A stretch of DNA of 64,000 bases from Diadema antillarum. Lineage: Eukaryota. Position numbers and translations under genes: made by a program. Below, one piece after another: positions 1 through 14,225 of the stretch. Below the pieces are notes generated by a model. It did no database searches and was not told the origin of the DNA. It saw nothing but the letters and a program-made list of their open reading frames with translations. The stretch's first letter is position 1; each line of letters opens with the position of its first letter. The DNA lies in the NCBI RefSeq assembly GCF_040938485.1, contig NW_027272231.1:434001-498000 (forward strand), given 5' to 3'.

Positions 1-2743
1 CGTGTCAGCGAGTGTATGTGTGTGTGTGTGTGTGTGCGTGTGTGTGTGTATGCAGTAGGTGCAGACGGGGGTGGGGGCACCAAGCTCAGGGCATCAGAAT
101 AAACGTCAGAGTTCCTTTTGTGGAGTTTGAACAAAGCATTGAACCAGAAAATACAACATTTTCCTTTTAATACATGTAGATCAATTCAACAAACTCGGGA
201 TGCGACCCTTCATTTTTTTTTTCTTTCTTTTTTGGTTGGTAACTTTAGTTGTGCATAGCTAGATGCAATTGTGTACTGTCAACTGTAACTATCCCTTAGG
301 CCTACTGATTAGTTGGTGTCACTGTGAAGTGGGGAATAAGATCAGCTTGCTACATTCAATCCTTGCCCTCCAAACCCATGAGAAGAGCAAAAACATGCAC
401 CAAACCAAGAACCAAGTACCGGGTAATCAGAATAATTTTTGCAAGTCAGCATCCAGAAAAATCTGTCAACAGAATTGACTGCAGGCCCTGATTCACATCA
501 GAGAGGTGTTAGCTAGTAAATTCTCCATCTTCTAAAATTATTGGAAGAACAAAGTCGCAGAACGGGATGAGTAAGCGATTGTCTCATTACCTTCCCTCCC
601 CCCCCCCCCCCCCACCATCTCCACAGCACAGCAGCAAATCTCGACGCCAAATTCTCTCTCTCATCACCCATTTTTCTCCGAAAGGAAACCCACAATTATA
701 ATCCAAAAAATGGACTGAAAACGAACGAAATGTCAGGGGGGGGGGGGGGGGGGACATGGAGGCAAGAAAGGTGAGTCAGAGAATCAGGAAGCTGTCGTAG
801 CCAATAACATGCATGCATTTCCGCAGTTATGATAGCGGGACAAATTAGATCAGTGGTGGCACCCGTCCCTTTCCTAATACACAGGTGTGGTCCCATAGCC
901 TCGTTTTATTTAATAATAGTTAGTCAAGATAGGAGGGAAAAAACGTGGTACCTGGAGATATAATTATATTGGCAGAATTACTGACTCATTGCTATAGAAG
1001 TAGAGGTCCAGCCATGCCACAGCCTTATACGTGTTATCGTAGTGTATAGATTAGCTAGTAGCCTCTACAGCTGCCAATGAAAAGAATATTTTTAAAAAGT
1101 ATGGCTTGCTGGGGACTGTATATGATACATGTAGCATACTTTGCATTTTACAAAGGTGTGCCTCATCTGTAGTCTGCGCACAGTTTTTTTTTGTATATAA
1201 CGTACTTCATTTCTTCATAGATCATAAGTGCATTATTCCAAAAATATATCATAAATCTATACAACTCTGAAAAAAAAAGAAAGACACCTGATGTTACACA
1301 ATGCAGAAGAAAGGAGTATCCATTCACCAGATTAATCATTTTATACTTAGGGCCTACAGATGGTTGGGCACCACATGAAATTTGCACATTTTCTGTGTTA
1401 AGACTCTATGAATAAGCATGCTTGGAACTATTCACTACACACGTGTATGTTTGTTTAATTAACTCACACTGATGACCTCACGGAAGTTATACTTTAAAGC
1501 ATGATAGATATACACTGAACTTCAAGAATGCTTTTGCATATTATATGAATTACATGTACCGGACCAATCGAAGAGTTTGAAGGAAAAAAACAGATATCTA
1601 TGTCATTTTCAAAATTTCATAAGTATGGTCAGCATCAAAATAAAAATAGAGAAAAATATATCTCTTCAATGATACTGCACTCGTTACATAACAAAAAGTA
1701 TTTTTGAAAATATTAGAACTACCACATACAATGGTATATTTGAATTAGTTCCTTTTTTCAGCATCTTCAATCTAACATTGATAAAAGTGGATATATTTAT
1801 CTGTTTTTGCATTTATGTGTAAACTCTTCAATTATACAAGGGACTGATAAACTCTACTGCCCTCCACAGTGAAATATCCAAAGTATTTCTGTTACGTATG
1901 TAATAAGCTAATCAACAGTGAAAAAAAAAACACCCAACAACAGAACACGACAGAAAAAAACTGCATGATGTTTGTGCCACTTCATTATGTTGAAACATAG
2001 AAATTGATGTGAATGACAAATAAAAAAAAATTCCCAAGTTTAAATCTTCATGCAGTAATCCAATTCCAATTCCCTCCCTCCAGCTCACACACATGTACAT
2101 TCGACTGTCATTCCTTTCAGAATGATTAAGGAAACCAATCAATTTAATTGAGCACAATGTAAAGGACTATTTCTTTCTTTCCAGCAGATGCTTCAAAAAT
2201 TTTTGAATGCTTGCATGAAAGACATCTGATATAAACTGCAATCCCTCCAACAATGGCTATTTGCCCCTATAGAGCTCTTTTGGCAATCAAACTTAACTTT
2301 TTTTATATTGGCCACATGAAATATGGCTGTGGTTGACAACACTGGCAGGGTGACACCCATAGCTGTGATTTCAAACAATATTTTTGATCTCATATTTCGG
2401 CTGTTTTCCACCGCTCACACATTCCTGGCTGCAATCGGCACTACAGCTGCATTAAAGGTGTAATTCAGCTTTCATACAATATGTTTCATTACAAAATGTA
2501 CTCTACAACTATAAAAACTACACTCTCACTTTTAAGGGGACAAAATAAAGTCTGGATTACCCAATTTATGCAACAAGAATACAGCTGTCAACAGAATAGA
2601 TAACATCATTCGTCAAAAGTATCATTTTTGTTTGCTAATATTCTACAACAAAACTGGTGTTAAACAATATATCTAAAAGATTTCATTCAAGGAAGACATT
2701 TGCTGTGAGAACTACAACTAACCCTTCTGACTTTAGCCAGAAG

Positions 2744-2947
2744 TACTGTAAAACATGATATATTCGCGGCATGAAAATTTCGCGAATTGGAGCCGATGGC
2801 TTTTCTCGCAGCATGAAATTTTTCGCGAATTGTCACTGGCATCCAATGCATATTGTGTAGGAAAGAACTTTCGCGTGCATTTTAATTTCGCGACTGTAGG
2901 CACTCGCGAAATTCACGAAATTAAAATGCATTCCTCATCTTACAGTA
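2744..2947. mobile_element. TA-flanked MITE family A (tttcgcg-rich; Tc1/mariner-pogo-like ends)
   Basis: Ends tactgtaa...ttacagta with internal tttcgcgaa repeats. Near-identical to 43235-43445. Confidence 0.75.
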
Positions 2948-4572
2948 AATGTCATAAACATTCCTTGAGTGGTCTTTTCATTTCATTCCTATTTATGCTT
3001 ACAAGTGGCATCTCTCCGCCATCAGAGGAGGCATAGGTCTTCCTGTGCAGTCAAATCTTTGGCTCCCGACAGAAAGAGTATAATGGTTTGCTAAATAATG
3101 TCTTCTTACTTGACACTTGTCATCTGGAATCCATTCATTAGATGTATAATATTTGTATGTTGCAAATGAGGTTTTCTACATGTAAAGCACAAATGAAGGA
3201 CTCTGTAATTCCACGATGAGGACTTCACAAATGCTTAATATAATATCAGTTTGTATCCCTTATTTGAATTTTTTTATGCATTTTAATATATTACATCAAT
3301 CAAGGAAAAAAGGTTTTTATCCTACAGTGTACATTTGTATGCCCTGCAAGTCATATACATGTACACATACTTCTGGTTCATTCCTGATGATATCCTGCCA
3401 ATTGTAGGCAAATTAGTTCATTTATTTCAACAAATGACAATGCAGTATGAATATTCGTGGTAAAAAGTGAACAACATGAAAAAAAAAAAACACACACACA
3501 CACAACAGAACAAAACATGATCCAAATCATTACAAGGTAATATCTTTTCCTCTTACACCAGCACGATGTCATGAGCATTTATGGATAAATTCCTGCAAAC
3601 CACCTTTCTCACTGGACAACCATTGAGGATTTCTCTGAACAATTCTTGTAAAAATTCAAGCATATTTCATCCTGCACATCAATGCTGACAGTTTAATATT
3701 TTCCAATATAAAAAAAAAAAGGAAAATGCTATTTCTGTTATTTGGAGCACATCAGCAATGAAATCCCTAGAAACTATCAACGATAAATGAAATGTGGGCT
3801 GTTTCTCCTGCCACAACCTCTATGAAACATGCAATTTTCATCCAGGAAATTGGATCGCATCCCAGTATTGCCGGATACCCTGATTCCTTCTAAATCGATG
3901 CTACAACGCGTCAAAAAACATCCCAGAGCACATTATTCACAGTGCACGTGCTTGTTGCGCACAGCCCAGCCCCCGTTTGCAAACACACTTGTGTCTGCTC
4001 TAACTACCGTTATAATCTGCCCACAACTAATGACATGCCGGCACATTCCAAAAAGTACGCCCAGCCTCGAACGTCTCTCTCTCTCTCTCTCTCTCAAGGG
4101 AGACCAGGCCCAAAAAGTCAGAAAGAGACCGAACGAGGGAACGAGATGGAGAGATTGATACAAGCAATTACAGACTGGAAAAAAAATCTTTCCCCCGCGG
4201 AGAAAGAAGAAGGATTTCATAGCTGTAGCCAATGCTGAGTACGGACGGATGGCGAGCCAGTCTCCTGCTGCGACGAAGTCCTACACCAGAGCTCCTTTGC
4301 TCACTATGAACAAGAATCTCTTTTCATTCTGTTTCATGTGAACTCATACGCCTCTATATTTCTCACTCTCACACCCATACACACACCTTTTTTTAACCTC
4401 TCTATGTCTGGTTTTGGAGTTATTGGAAGAATGTCTTGACGAGTACAGAAATGCACCTTCATCAACAAAGCACTGAATTCTCAGGCTGTAGAGAATGTGA
4501 CACGCCATACTTCAGACATTTTGCGGAAAAAGTTGTACTTCCTACAAAGTTAGGCCTAGGTCTATATCTTAA

Positions 4573-4933
4573 AGGTATTGCTTACCATTGGGAGCAGTGA
4601 TTTAAAAAATGTTCCAGTTATCACATTTGATGAATACAGATGTGCTGGTTAGTTGTAATATCACAAAACAACCTACCATATAAAAATTTTACAATAAAGC
4701 CTAAAATATAAGGAGGTATCACTACTTTTCTCAATAATCCATAACTAAAGATAGTTTATTCTAGAAACAATTTAATTGTAACTATTGCATATTTAACAGT
4801 AAATAACATTGATCATACTGATTAACATTTTTACATTGGTTGTTTCTATCCCTAATTTACATTTTAGAACTACAGGTACTTTGAAGCACTAAAGCTGGGT
4901 TTTTGTTTCATCTGCAAATGGTTAATTATGCCT
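4573..4933. mobile_element. Kolobok/T2-like MITE family C
   Basis: TTAA|AGG...CCT|TTAA. Homologous to 18357-18732 and 40366-40718. Confidence 0.75.
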
Positions 4934-7776
4934 TTAATGACTTGGTAGGATAGGAATACCATGGATCTTTGATAATCCCTCTAACAAATTTTGCACAGCT
5001 TTATAAATGATCTCTATGTATTGCATTAGTAGGCCTATACACACAGCTGAAGAATCCCAACTGAAATTGACTGTTACTTATGAGCATACGCTTCAATTGC
5101 TCATGTACATGTATACAAAACGTGTACATGTATCTGCTGACCAGTGCTATTCATCCTGGGGTTTTTTAATACACCCTACATGTGATTTCTCTTCTAATCT
5201 ATCATCACCAATGAAACTGAAACACTGCCTCTCTTGGTGTCATTTCTTTAAAAGAGTAATTCCAAAATTTGCAAACAGAAAGCAAACATACAGCTTTCTA
5301 GAGCAAGGCCATTGGTCACACAGCACCGAAATTACATCAGCTGCATCGATGTATTCAGAGTAGACACACAAACAGACCCCTCTTGCTCACTGATCCCATT
5401 TCAACTTCGAGTGAATTATTGCAATCCTAACTGACTACTTTCTGGCAGTGTACAAATGGCCCTCTTTTGCCAATAAAACAAGTCATAAACATAACCCTCG
5501 ACAAGAAATCAGCGGTCCCCAATCATACATGTGCATGAAGTGAGCTGCACGGAGGCTTTGTTGACAGATCTAGTGATGAAATGTTGGAGGAAGCAGTTTG
5601 AAAGAAGAAGAAGAAAAAAAAATAGATATTACTTTGTTCTGAGAAGGAGTTATGAGCTGAAAGGAACCTTAAAATGCATATGTTTTAACTATCAAATGTT
5701 ACTGGCAAGCTCTCTCAACAATCATATGATGTTGATGCTAATGAGTCCTTGTCTTCAAGCTCGCTCTAGGCCTATGCAAGGGAACATTTAGAAAGATGAG
5801 TTACCAAAATACTGTAGATGTACTGGCTGGTATAAAATGGAATATTTGTTTCTTAACAAAGGTTTTGCACTTGAACCACAAGGTGAAAATACTCCCATGC
5901 ACAGACCACAAAAATTCCACCAGGTGGCTGTCTTGTTTTTGTTCCATCTCCTTTGTGTTGTGCGGGGTGATTTCTTTTTCCTATATATTGATATCAAAGT
6001 ATGATTTATTAAATTCAGAGGATAACTGACAGGACCAGCATTCATTTTCCTCACATTTGTGGGTTCATCCAACCACCACAAACCACAGGAACATACCGCA
6101 CCAAATGTGTGCCGGAACATTACTAATTCTGCAGTGTTCACTGCAAAAGTTTGCAAAAAATCATCTTTCTTTGTAATTTTCCTAGAAACCAGCAGTAGCA
6201 GTCAGTCAGATCAAGGATGAAAGAGCCGGTGGGTGAAGGCAGGGGCCAACTGTTCCCATGGTTGGCGCCCTGCTCGGGGGATGTTAGGATCTATTTCCAC
6301 CTCCACTGGAACACCGAAAATATCCATGACTCGCACACAAAGAGACTTCTTTGTCGTGACGAATCAGAATAAATGGAATTTCTCAGCAGAACCGGGAGTA
6401 GGTCTATATCTAGACAAGTGTGATTAATCTGCTGCATACCAACTCTGCTGGGGGGGGGGGGGGGGGGGGGGTGAGGGGGAGGAGGGAGGGGTTAAGATAA
6501 GAATACCGGGTTGTTCAAATTCGTCTACAATTGTATGTGATGCAGAAATTAAATAATACTATTGTTTTGCGTTTTTACTCGAATTAGGGGTGTTACAGTC
6601 AGCACCTCCCTGGTACAGTCAATGGTAGACTGGTTGAGTACTGGCAATACATGTTCCACCTGAATTTAGCTCGTTTATACTCCAGTTATGTACTTCACTG
6701 TCAGGTGCAAAACTTCCAAAAGGCAACATACTGCATGGCTAGAGATCGGTGGTAAATTACATAAATTCAGATGATATCCACAGATCTGTTATGGTGACAT
6801 GATGAACATGCATTGCAATTTTTGGAATATGCACTAAACAAAAAGGGGGAAAGTTCAGGGATATTCCAATACAACAAAAACTAGCCATACTGCTAACTTT
6901 CTCATGTCAGAAAGTGAGGCAAAGTGTTGAGTATTTCTTAATAACATGTAGCTGGTGTCATGTGATTTTTTTTTGTAATTGATGTATTAAAAAATGTCAA
7001 TACATCTCAACAGAATGATTTTCTCTTCTATTTTTTTTTAACTAATGAACCAAGTCAATTTTTATGAGGGTGCAATTCATGCCAAAGATGTAATACTATA
7101 GGCCTACAGGCAAACTTCTCTCAATTCCTCTTAGGGTGCCCTGAAGATCATTTTGAGCACTGAAAGAAAATTATCAGTAATTCAAACTTGCAACAACAAT
7201 CAAAAAAACAAAAATTCTCATGTTTATGCCTGTCTGTAGCTCAAGGGCTTGTATTGGACAAATACCATGCTATTGATTCTAACTGCTACATTCAAACAAA
7301 ATCCAAAGAAAAATACCCCCCCAAAAAAGAGAAAAAATGCAAAAATGGCAGCGATTCTACCTCAATGGTGAGAAAGCCTCTAGATGGTCAACATATTTTT
7401 TTTTTTTGGAAGAAAGAGGGGTGGAAGGAGGGTTGGGGAGGATTTGAGAAAGGTGAGTAATACTCGCTGACAAGATGGATTGTATTCCTTTGTACCCGTG
7501 ACTCCAACACATACATACGGAGGGCTTTGTCACCTGCTTTAATGCTGTGGTATGTATAGACTGTGGTTTGGGGATAGGGTGTCGGGGACAGGCGTGATGG
7601 TAGCCCCGAAAAGTACAAATTTAACCAATCCAGGGGGTGATAGGGAATACTGCAGGATTACAGGATGTCGCAGCTCAGTAACCCCCATCATATTGTCTCC
7701 GGCGTCAAGTGATAAAAGTCGAACTTCGAAAATGGCACACCGGTGACTAAATTATATTGGCGGCAAAAAGAAAAAA

Positions 7777-8935
7777 ACTAGAAATGTCGCTATGGCGACT
7801 GGTATGCCTCCGCCATAATGCATTATTCTCCTAATAGGTCTAGATAGTACATGTAGACAATGTGTGATTACATTTTCACAAAATTGGCAAAATATCAAAA
7901 TGAGAAGTTTGTCACAAATGTGTTGGAATGTTCACCTTCCTTGACCTAGGTTCAATTGGATGAATAGGAGAGCATGTATTTGGGATTTAAGGACTTTGCC
8001 TTGACTTTGACCCATTCATACATATGCATTGAGTAATTTTCAAGGTATGGAGAAAAAGCGCAATTTCTGTATTGAATAGTAAATTGTTACCATTTTCATC
8101 TGGCCTTTGACCCTAAAATTCATAAGATAATCACTGTCAGGCAAAACATGCATAAATATGTAGTACGTTTCAAGATAACTCGAGCCACTTCCGAGATATG
8201 GAGGAAAAACTTAGTTCAGCACTTTCACTTGATCTTTGACCTTTTGACCTTTGAGGCAAAAACAAAAGAAAAAAAAAAAAACTTTCGAGAGAATTTCCAT
8301 TGGGTTATACATGCATACACCAAGTTAAACAAAAAAAATCCTGCTGGCAGTGCATAAACATGACGGAAATAGTAAATTTTTGAAGTGTTGCCCTTGACCT
8401 TTGACCCCTGACCTTTGACCCCATGAACCCTAAATTCTTTAGATAATCACTGCTAGTCAGTACATGTATGTTCTATGAAGATACCTTGAATAATTTCCAA
8501 GGTACAGAGAAAAAAGGTGAAGTTTTAATATTATTACTAAAAAGGTGAAGTTTTAATATTATTGCTTGACCTTTTGACCTTTGACCTCATGACCCAAACT
8601 TTCACCAGAGAATCTTAATTGGGTAATATATGTATACACTAAGTTTCACGTAAATATCTTCAGGCATTGCATAGATATGGTGGAAATAGTGAAATTTTAT
8701 GTATTTGACCTTGACCTTTTGACCTTTGACCTTGAGCATGTGCACCCAAAAGTTGATAGGCACAACTTCACCCCCTAATACACATACATGCCAAGTTTCA
8801 TTAGGATACCTCAAAAGGTTTTGATAGTTACCCTGTCCACAAAATTCATTATGGACGGACGGAAATGTGGAAGGATGGACAGAGGGACAACCCGAAAACA
8901 TAATGCCTCCGGCACCACTTCGTGGCGGAGGCATA
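7777..8935 (+). mobile_element. Helentron-associated non-autonomous element (HINE/DINE-1-like)
   Basis: 5' actag, small hairpin gtcgc-tatg-gcgac and subterminal atgcctccgcc. Internal tgacctttgacc repeats and a (GGAC)n-like tract. 3' palindrome atgcctcc...ggaggcat. Both ends lie in A-runs. Confidence 0.75.
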
Positions 8936-9916
8936 AAAAGGGGGGGGGGGGGGGGGGTCTCAAGCTTCAAGAATCTTGTTAGAAGTTGCTGGGCAACTTG
9001 CCATATGTTCCATGAAAATTACAAAAAAAAAACCAAGGCTTTTCTGCCATGTGGAAATGATGGATCTAAACGCCAAGTTTGTTTATTTGATTGTCTATTC
9101 AATATGAGTGTTTTTACCAGTTTAAATGACCTTGTGACAGTGAATAAACGGGACACAACAAATGTTACAGTGCAATGCCATGGCAAATTCAAGTCTACAA
9201 AGCTCTCAGAAGAGAGTACCAGATTTTAAAGGCAGATTAAAATCACATCATACTGGATTGTATGTTCAACATGAAAGACTTGTAAGGTATTTCTAGGATT
9301 TCACTTGTTTTCACAAAATATTGATACCTGTGGCAACCACATACGTGCGAAATAGATGAGGAAGTGGCATCATTTCTACTATTTGCTTGTATCTATTTGA
9401 TATCATTCATTTTTGACATGATTTTCTGATATTTTCATGTCAGCAACAAACCAATAGGAAAGTTGTTAGGCAATGACATCATAACTATCTCATCTGATTT
9501 GCATATTTCTGTCACTGGAGCACTCATAGCCTGACCAGACTGCTGTGCAGAGTACAGCAGTCTGACAATACATGTACTAGTGTTTAAATGTTGTAAATGA
9601 CCATCGCTTTTGACGGCAAGACCACAAAAAATGTCTTTTATTTTGTTTGATTTAAACAGTAATACCACCCACCTATATCGTATTTTGCTGATGGTTGAGT
9701 TGAATTTGGTGTTTTGTTGGTATCCAAACCTTATTGTTGAATTTTTCGGAGTAGATTGTGCGATGATTCACAAAATCAACGAACTACCACGAACACTCAA
9801 CCCGAGGTACCGTGGTAGCATTTGACGTACACCCGTGCGTTTCGTGTGTTACGTAAAGCTTGTTGTCTTCTACATAGGTGCCTACATGTACTTCCGCGCG
9901 TGCTGCTCTCATGATT

Positions 9917-9930
9917 TGACGTCACTTCCG
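9917..9930. promoter_or_regulatory. Overlapping ETS-CRE composite motif TGACGTCACTTCCG in a CpG-rich patch
   Basis: Exact palindromic CRE overlapping an ETS core (reverse complement CGGAAGTGACGTCA). Extra cttcc copies nearby at about 9891 and 9947. Confidence 0.5.
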
Positions 9931-10339
9931 CTCCGACTAGCTCATCCACTTCCACTCCGACTAGCTACGTTGTAGTATAGGAGAGTGATTGCCATTCAAT
10001 AACACATAGAAGATGAGGAGTGAAGCAATACGGACGCTTACAGACCTGATTTTAAGGACGGATTTCGGTGGGTTTTTGACGTAATTAAAAAAAATACGCA
10101 AACCGATTATTGAATGATTATCATAGATTACGGGGATTCCTTATATTTTAGTTTTCCACGATTAATAAAGATATTCATGAAGGAAACGTACACCCACCGC
10201 TGAAAAATAACAACGTCTGCGAAGGAGTAGACGTGTAGCCGCTGTCGCTTTGCGACAGCGGCTGCATGTAGTTAGAGCACTCACAAACTGCACATTTCTG
10301 ACGATGGCACAAACACTGTGCGGGACACACAAATTGTAC

Positions 10340-10904
10340 GCCTTTTGAACTGTGAAAAAGATATTTAAAAACATTCCATACAGACACCCCGGACTTTCTC
10401 TGACCCAGGACTATCGTTAGTCCCATACCAATTTTTTCAGCTTTTTACACTGGCCAATTAGTCCCGTACTATCTCTTGTCCGGGGCTAAGGAGAAAACTG
10501 ACCTTTTTACACTCGTATTTCTTAGCCCCGGACTTTCCAAACCACATGAATATTCATAATTACGCTGTGTACTGTACACGTACACGTACACATCGGCAGC
10601 ACTTGATTACCTCGTTTCTGATTGGTCAGTGAGGGTCGGACTTCGTCTCCGTCGCTTAGCCCAGGATTATTTTTTCGTTCTGTTCACACTCACTTGCTTG
10701 GCACCGCAATTGCGATGCTAACCCCTGCTATTTTGCAGGGCCAGATAGTACCGTACTATCGGTGGGGCTAGCCCACTTTGGCAAAAACGAGTGTAAAGAG
10801 AAAGTGGGCTAAGGATAGTCCCGTACCAACGGTGGGGCTAAGGCCCCCCTTAGCCCCACCGTTGGTCCGGGGCTAAGCAAAAATTTACAAGTGTAAAAAG
10901 CCCT
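10340..10904. mobile_element. Harbinger-like MITE with degenerate left end
   Basis: Repeated tttttacact and ggggctaag/cttagcccc motifs; right end agtgtaaaaagccct. Confidence 0.5.
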
Positions 10905-12000
10905 TATGAGTAGTGGAATTATAATCCCACATTCTAGCCATCTATGCCCAAATAAACACTGGAAAACAACTTGGGCAACAACATCATCCAACTGCCTCTG
11001 ACTGCACTCAATGACATTGTGGTTATTACGGGTCTGATTCTGCCCTTCCAGATGGATACCTCTTGAGTGACATTCGTTAAATAGAGGTGTCAGAAATCCA
11101 GTCACAGTTTGACCCCGGAGAGCCAGCGAGGTCACGACCTAGCAACAGCTCCTTTCCTCCCCTGCAGCAATCATGGGAAGATATGTACATTATGTCCTTT
11201 TACCGTTTCTAAAGGTACAGTAGGACATCATACCAAGAATGGAAACCTGGTACAGACACTAGTGGATGGTAAATGTGTAGATAATGCATATTGAAAAGTA
11301 TGCTCATCCTGGATGCAGCCAAGATGTGTGAATGTTCTTCATCAGGCCAAACAAAGTGTATAAAGATACAGCTGTATAATTATAAATCCTAACACATCTG
11401 TCCGATTGAGCCATTACTAAGTAGTCAATGCATGAACTTCTGTATCTACTCATAATTTCTATTCTATACATCTAAGTCAGCCAATTTTATCACTTTTACT
11501 CTGCCAGAAAACTACAGCAATTACGAGGCAGTAAACAGACATGGTACAGGTCTACAGTAGATAGGATATATAGGTGCCTACAATGTATGTATGTACACAT
11601 GTATATATGCATTATGAAAGTAAATGGTGAATTGAATGAAGTATCCATGACATAACAACTTGTCTGGTAAACACTGCCTACAGTGTATGAAAGTAGGATA
11701 TAAGAATACCAGTGTATGTTGTATCATGCATGCCTTCTCTTTTTTTGCTGATGAGGATTTGAGTGAAGTCTGGTGCAAAAGACTGGGGTGCTGGTGTGAT
11801 GGAGCACATACATTTGATATCGCACTGCTGCTGCACGCATGCCCTGTGCGCCTCCAGCAAGCACCCACCAAACATCCCAAGTTCATGGGCCAGACTTCAT
11901 GTAAATCTGATCCAGGTGTGAGAACAAGCCAGAGGGCATCTGAGTTGGATTGTTTTCATTTCTCGCAGGCTATATATTTCCCCCCCCCCCTTCTTTTTTT

Positions 12001-12031
<31 letters not shown>

Positions 12032-14225
12032 GGGAGATGAGGGGGAGAGAGGGGGCCTGCTAAATGCATTAAGAGTAAGACAGCATTCCGTTCATCATGT
12101 TTATCATTTCCGAGATTGAAATGTGGAGTCTTGACTTCACAGATCTCCCCCCCCCCCAAAAAAAAAAAAAAAAAAAAAAAAAACTAGGGAAAAGCAATCG
12201 CAGAGTCAGGTAACTATAAAGGAAAACAAATCATTTGTCTCAAACACCCCTCCTGGTCTCCCTACACGTAACTAGAAAATGTTTGGTAGTACTTTTACAT
12301 ACATGTGCCTCCCCCAGTATAATGTATAGGCCTACCCATGACTTTTATCATGGTTAATAAAGGCTCAAACACTGAATAATCAATGTTTATAGATTTATAT
12401 CGATGGAGGGCAATTTATTAAATCAGTTGCAATAAGACCAAGTGAACTCAACACAACGGCAGCTCTAAATGTAGTATCAGCATATTGTGTACTCCAGATA
12501 AACATGAGAGTTGTCATCAGTTGTCTGCTTTCTTGAGTCCTGCATTCACACTGAGGTGAAATGCCACAATATTTCCCACTTTGAGATGTCTGTGCCTAGA
12601 GTTTTCAAATGTTTGACTCAAGAAATGCATGAAAACATTTCATTTTATTTACAGGCAGGCACTCATGAAATTTGACATGTGAACTTAGAGACTGTGAGAA
12701 ATCTCCCAAGTTATTAGAATCAGTTGCTTATTCATTGTATTACTGCAGGAAGTGTCAAAGATAAAATGTGGGATTTTGCTGCGAGGGTGTACATACACTT
12801 TATTTTGACTAAGAGTGAAAAGCAATGACTATTTTTTTAGTGAGTTTAACATCTATAAATAACTGAGAAAGGGTCTTATTTTCTACATTTTTCTGTAGTA
12901 CAACCTCAGCTCTCACTGAGGCATCCCCACAATCAAGTCATTCAGCTTTTACGAGCCCCTCCCTCTCCTGGCTACAAACTATGACGAAATGTTTCCTGTT
13001 GTTCTAATTTGTCCTTCAATGTGTTTTGAATGACTTTATATTCCTGTATCCTTGGTTAGCCTACATTGCTCTGATGCCCGGCACACAGGGGAGATTGTCC
13101 CATAATAGGAATGCTGGAAGGGGGCCCATTTTTTGGCAACCTTGAGAGTGTGACATCATCGATCATTTCCAATTTCGTCAGCATCAGTCTTGTATCCATA
13201 CGGTGAATGTGACATTCTCTCCAGCCCTCTTGTTTTGAACAACAAAACCGGAACCTCACCGTCTTGCCATTCAGGACCAGTGACCACGGTCACACACCAT
13301 TTGTGAAGTCTTCCACTATGGTATCCTATTTGGGTCACTAATGATTCGTAACACCTCTAGTTCCCCCCCCCCCCCTCCCATCGGCATGTTCTACTTGTTG
13401 GAGGATGATTCCACAACGGTCAGTGTTTGTCTGTTTGCACCTGGTAGACGGTCACACCAACTTCCCCTCCTCAAAAGCACCGGATGTGCCCCTGAATGAG
13501 AGGAATGTCCCCGGCTTTCCTTCCTTCATGAGATTCTCCGGTCCTCGGGGCTATACCACCTCCCTTTCTCACTGGTCCGTGGCGGATTACGAGTGTCTTC
13601 CCCTGCTCAGCCCATCCGCCAAGCATTCTTCCCTCCTGCTTCTAAGCCTATTTTGTGCCCATGTAATCTGCCAGTCCGCATTGTGCTCGCCGTCCGACTG
13701 CCGCCTGCGACGGTGAATGCCATCCCAAGAAATGAAGTGTGGCATAACGTTGCAGGGGAAATAATAACTGCTGCCAGAACTTTTGATTTGACTGATTTGT
13801 CTCTAAAGATCATATTGTTCTATCATTTCTGCTATCCATATACATTGTATGTACACCATGTTGTAAATAATGTCAATGCTAAGGATTCTTGCATCTCCAA
13901 AATACATTTGATGAGGTTTTGGAAAAGCAGATACAGGAAGAATACGATACAGGAAGAGATACACCAGATCAATTGTCTGCTCATCAGAGAGACACTTTGT
14001 TGGGGGAAACCCTACGATTTCCTGACAGCGTCTGCAGGTCTAAAATTGTGTGGAATGTTGTTTTTTATAAATGACCAGTGCTCTACTCAAAACAACTTGA
14101 CCCAAAGATGCCAATTACTCTTTCCCTATAAAGCTCCACATACAATGAACACTGTAGGCCTACAAAATATATAACTCTTTCTCCCTTCTCTGTTGTAAAA
14201 GTTTCCCTACATTTGTAGGTATACA

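Noticed and set aside
263-7460. Many 60-120-aa ORFs in the first 7.5 kb and throughout the introns
   Set aside because: Low-complexity or repeat-derived translations, with no domain motifs or consistent splice phases.
13593-14174. 193-aa plus-strand ORF
   Set aside because: Non-ATG start, no recognisable domain, and it runs from a GC-rich into an AT-rich segment. Not supported as a CDS.
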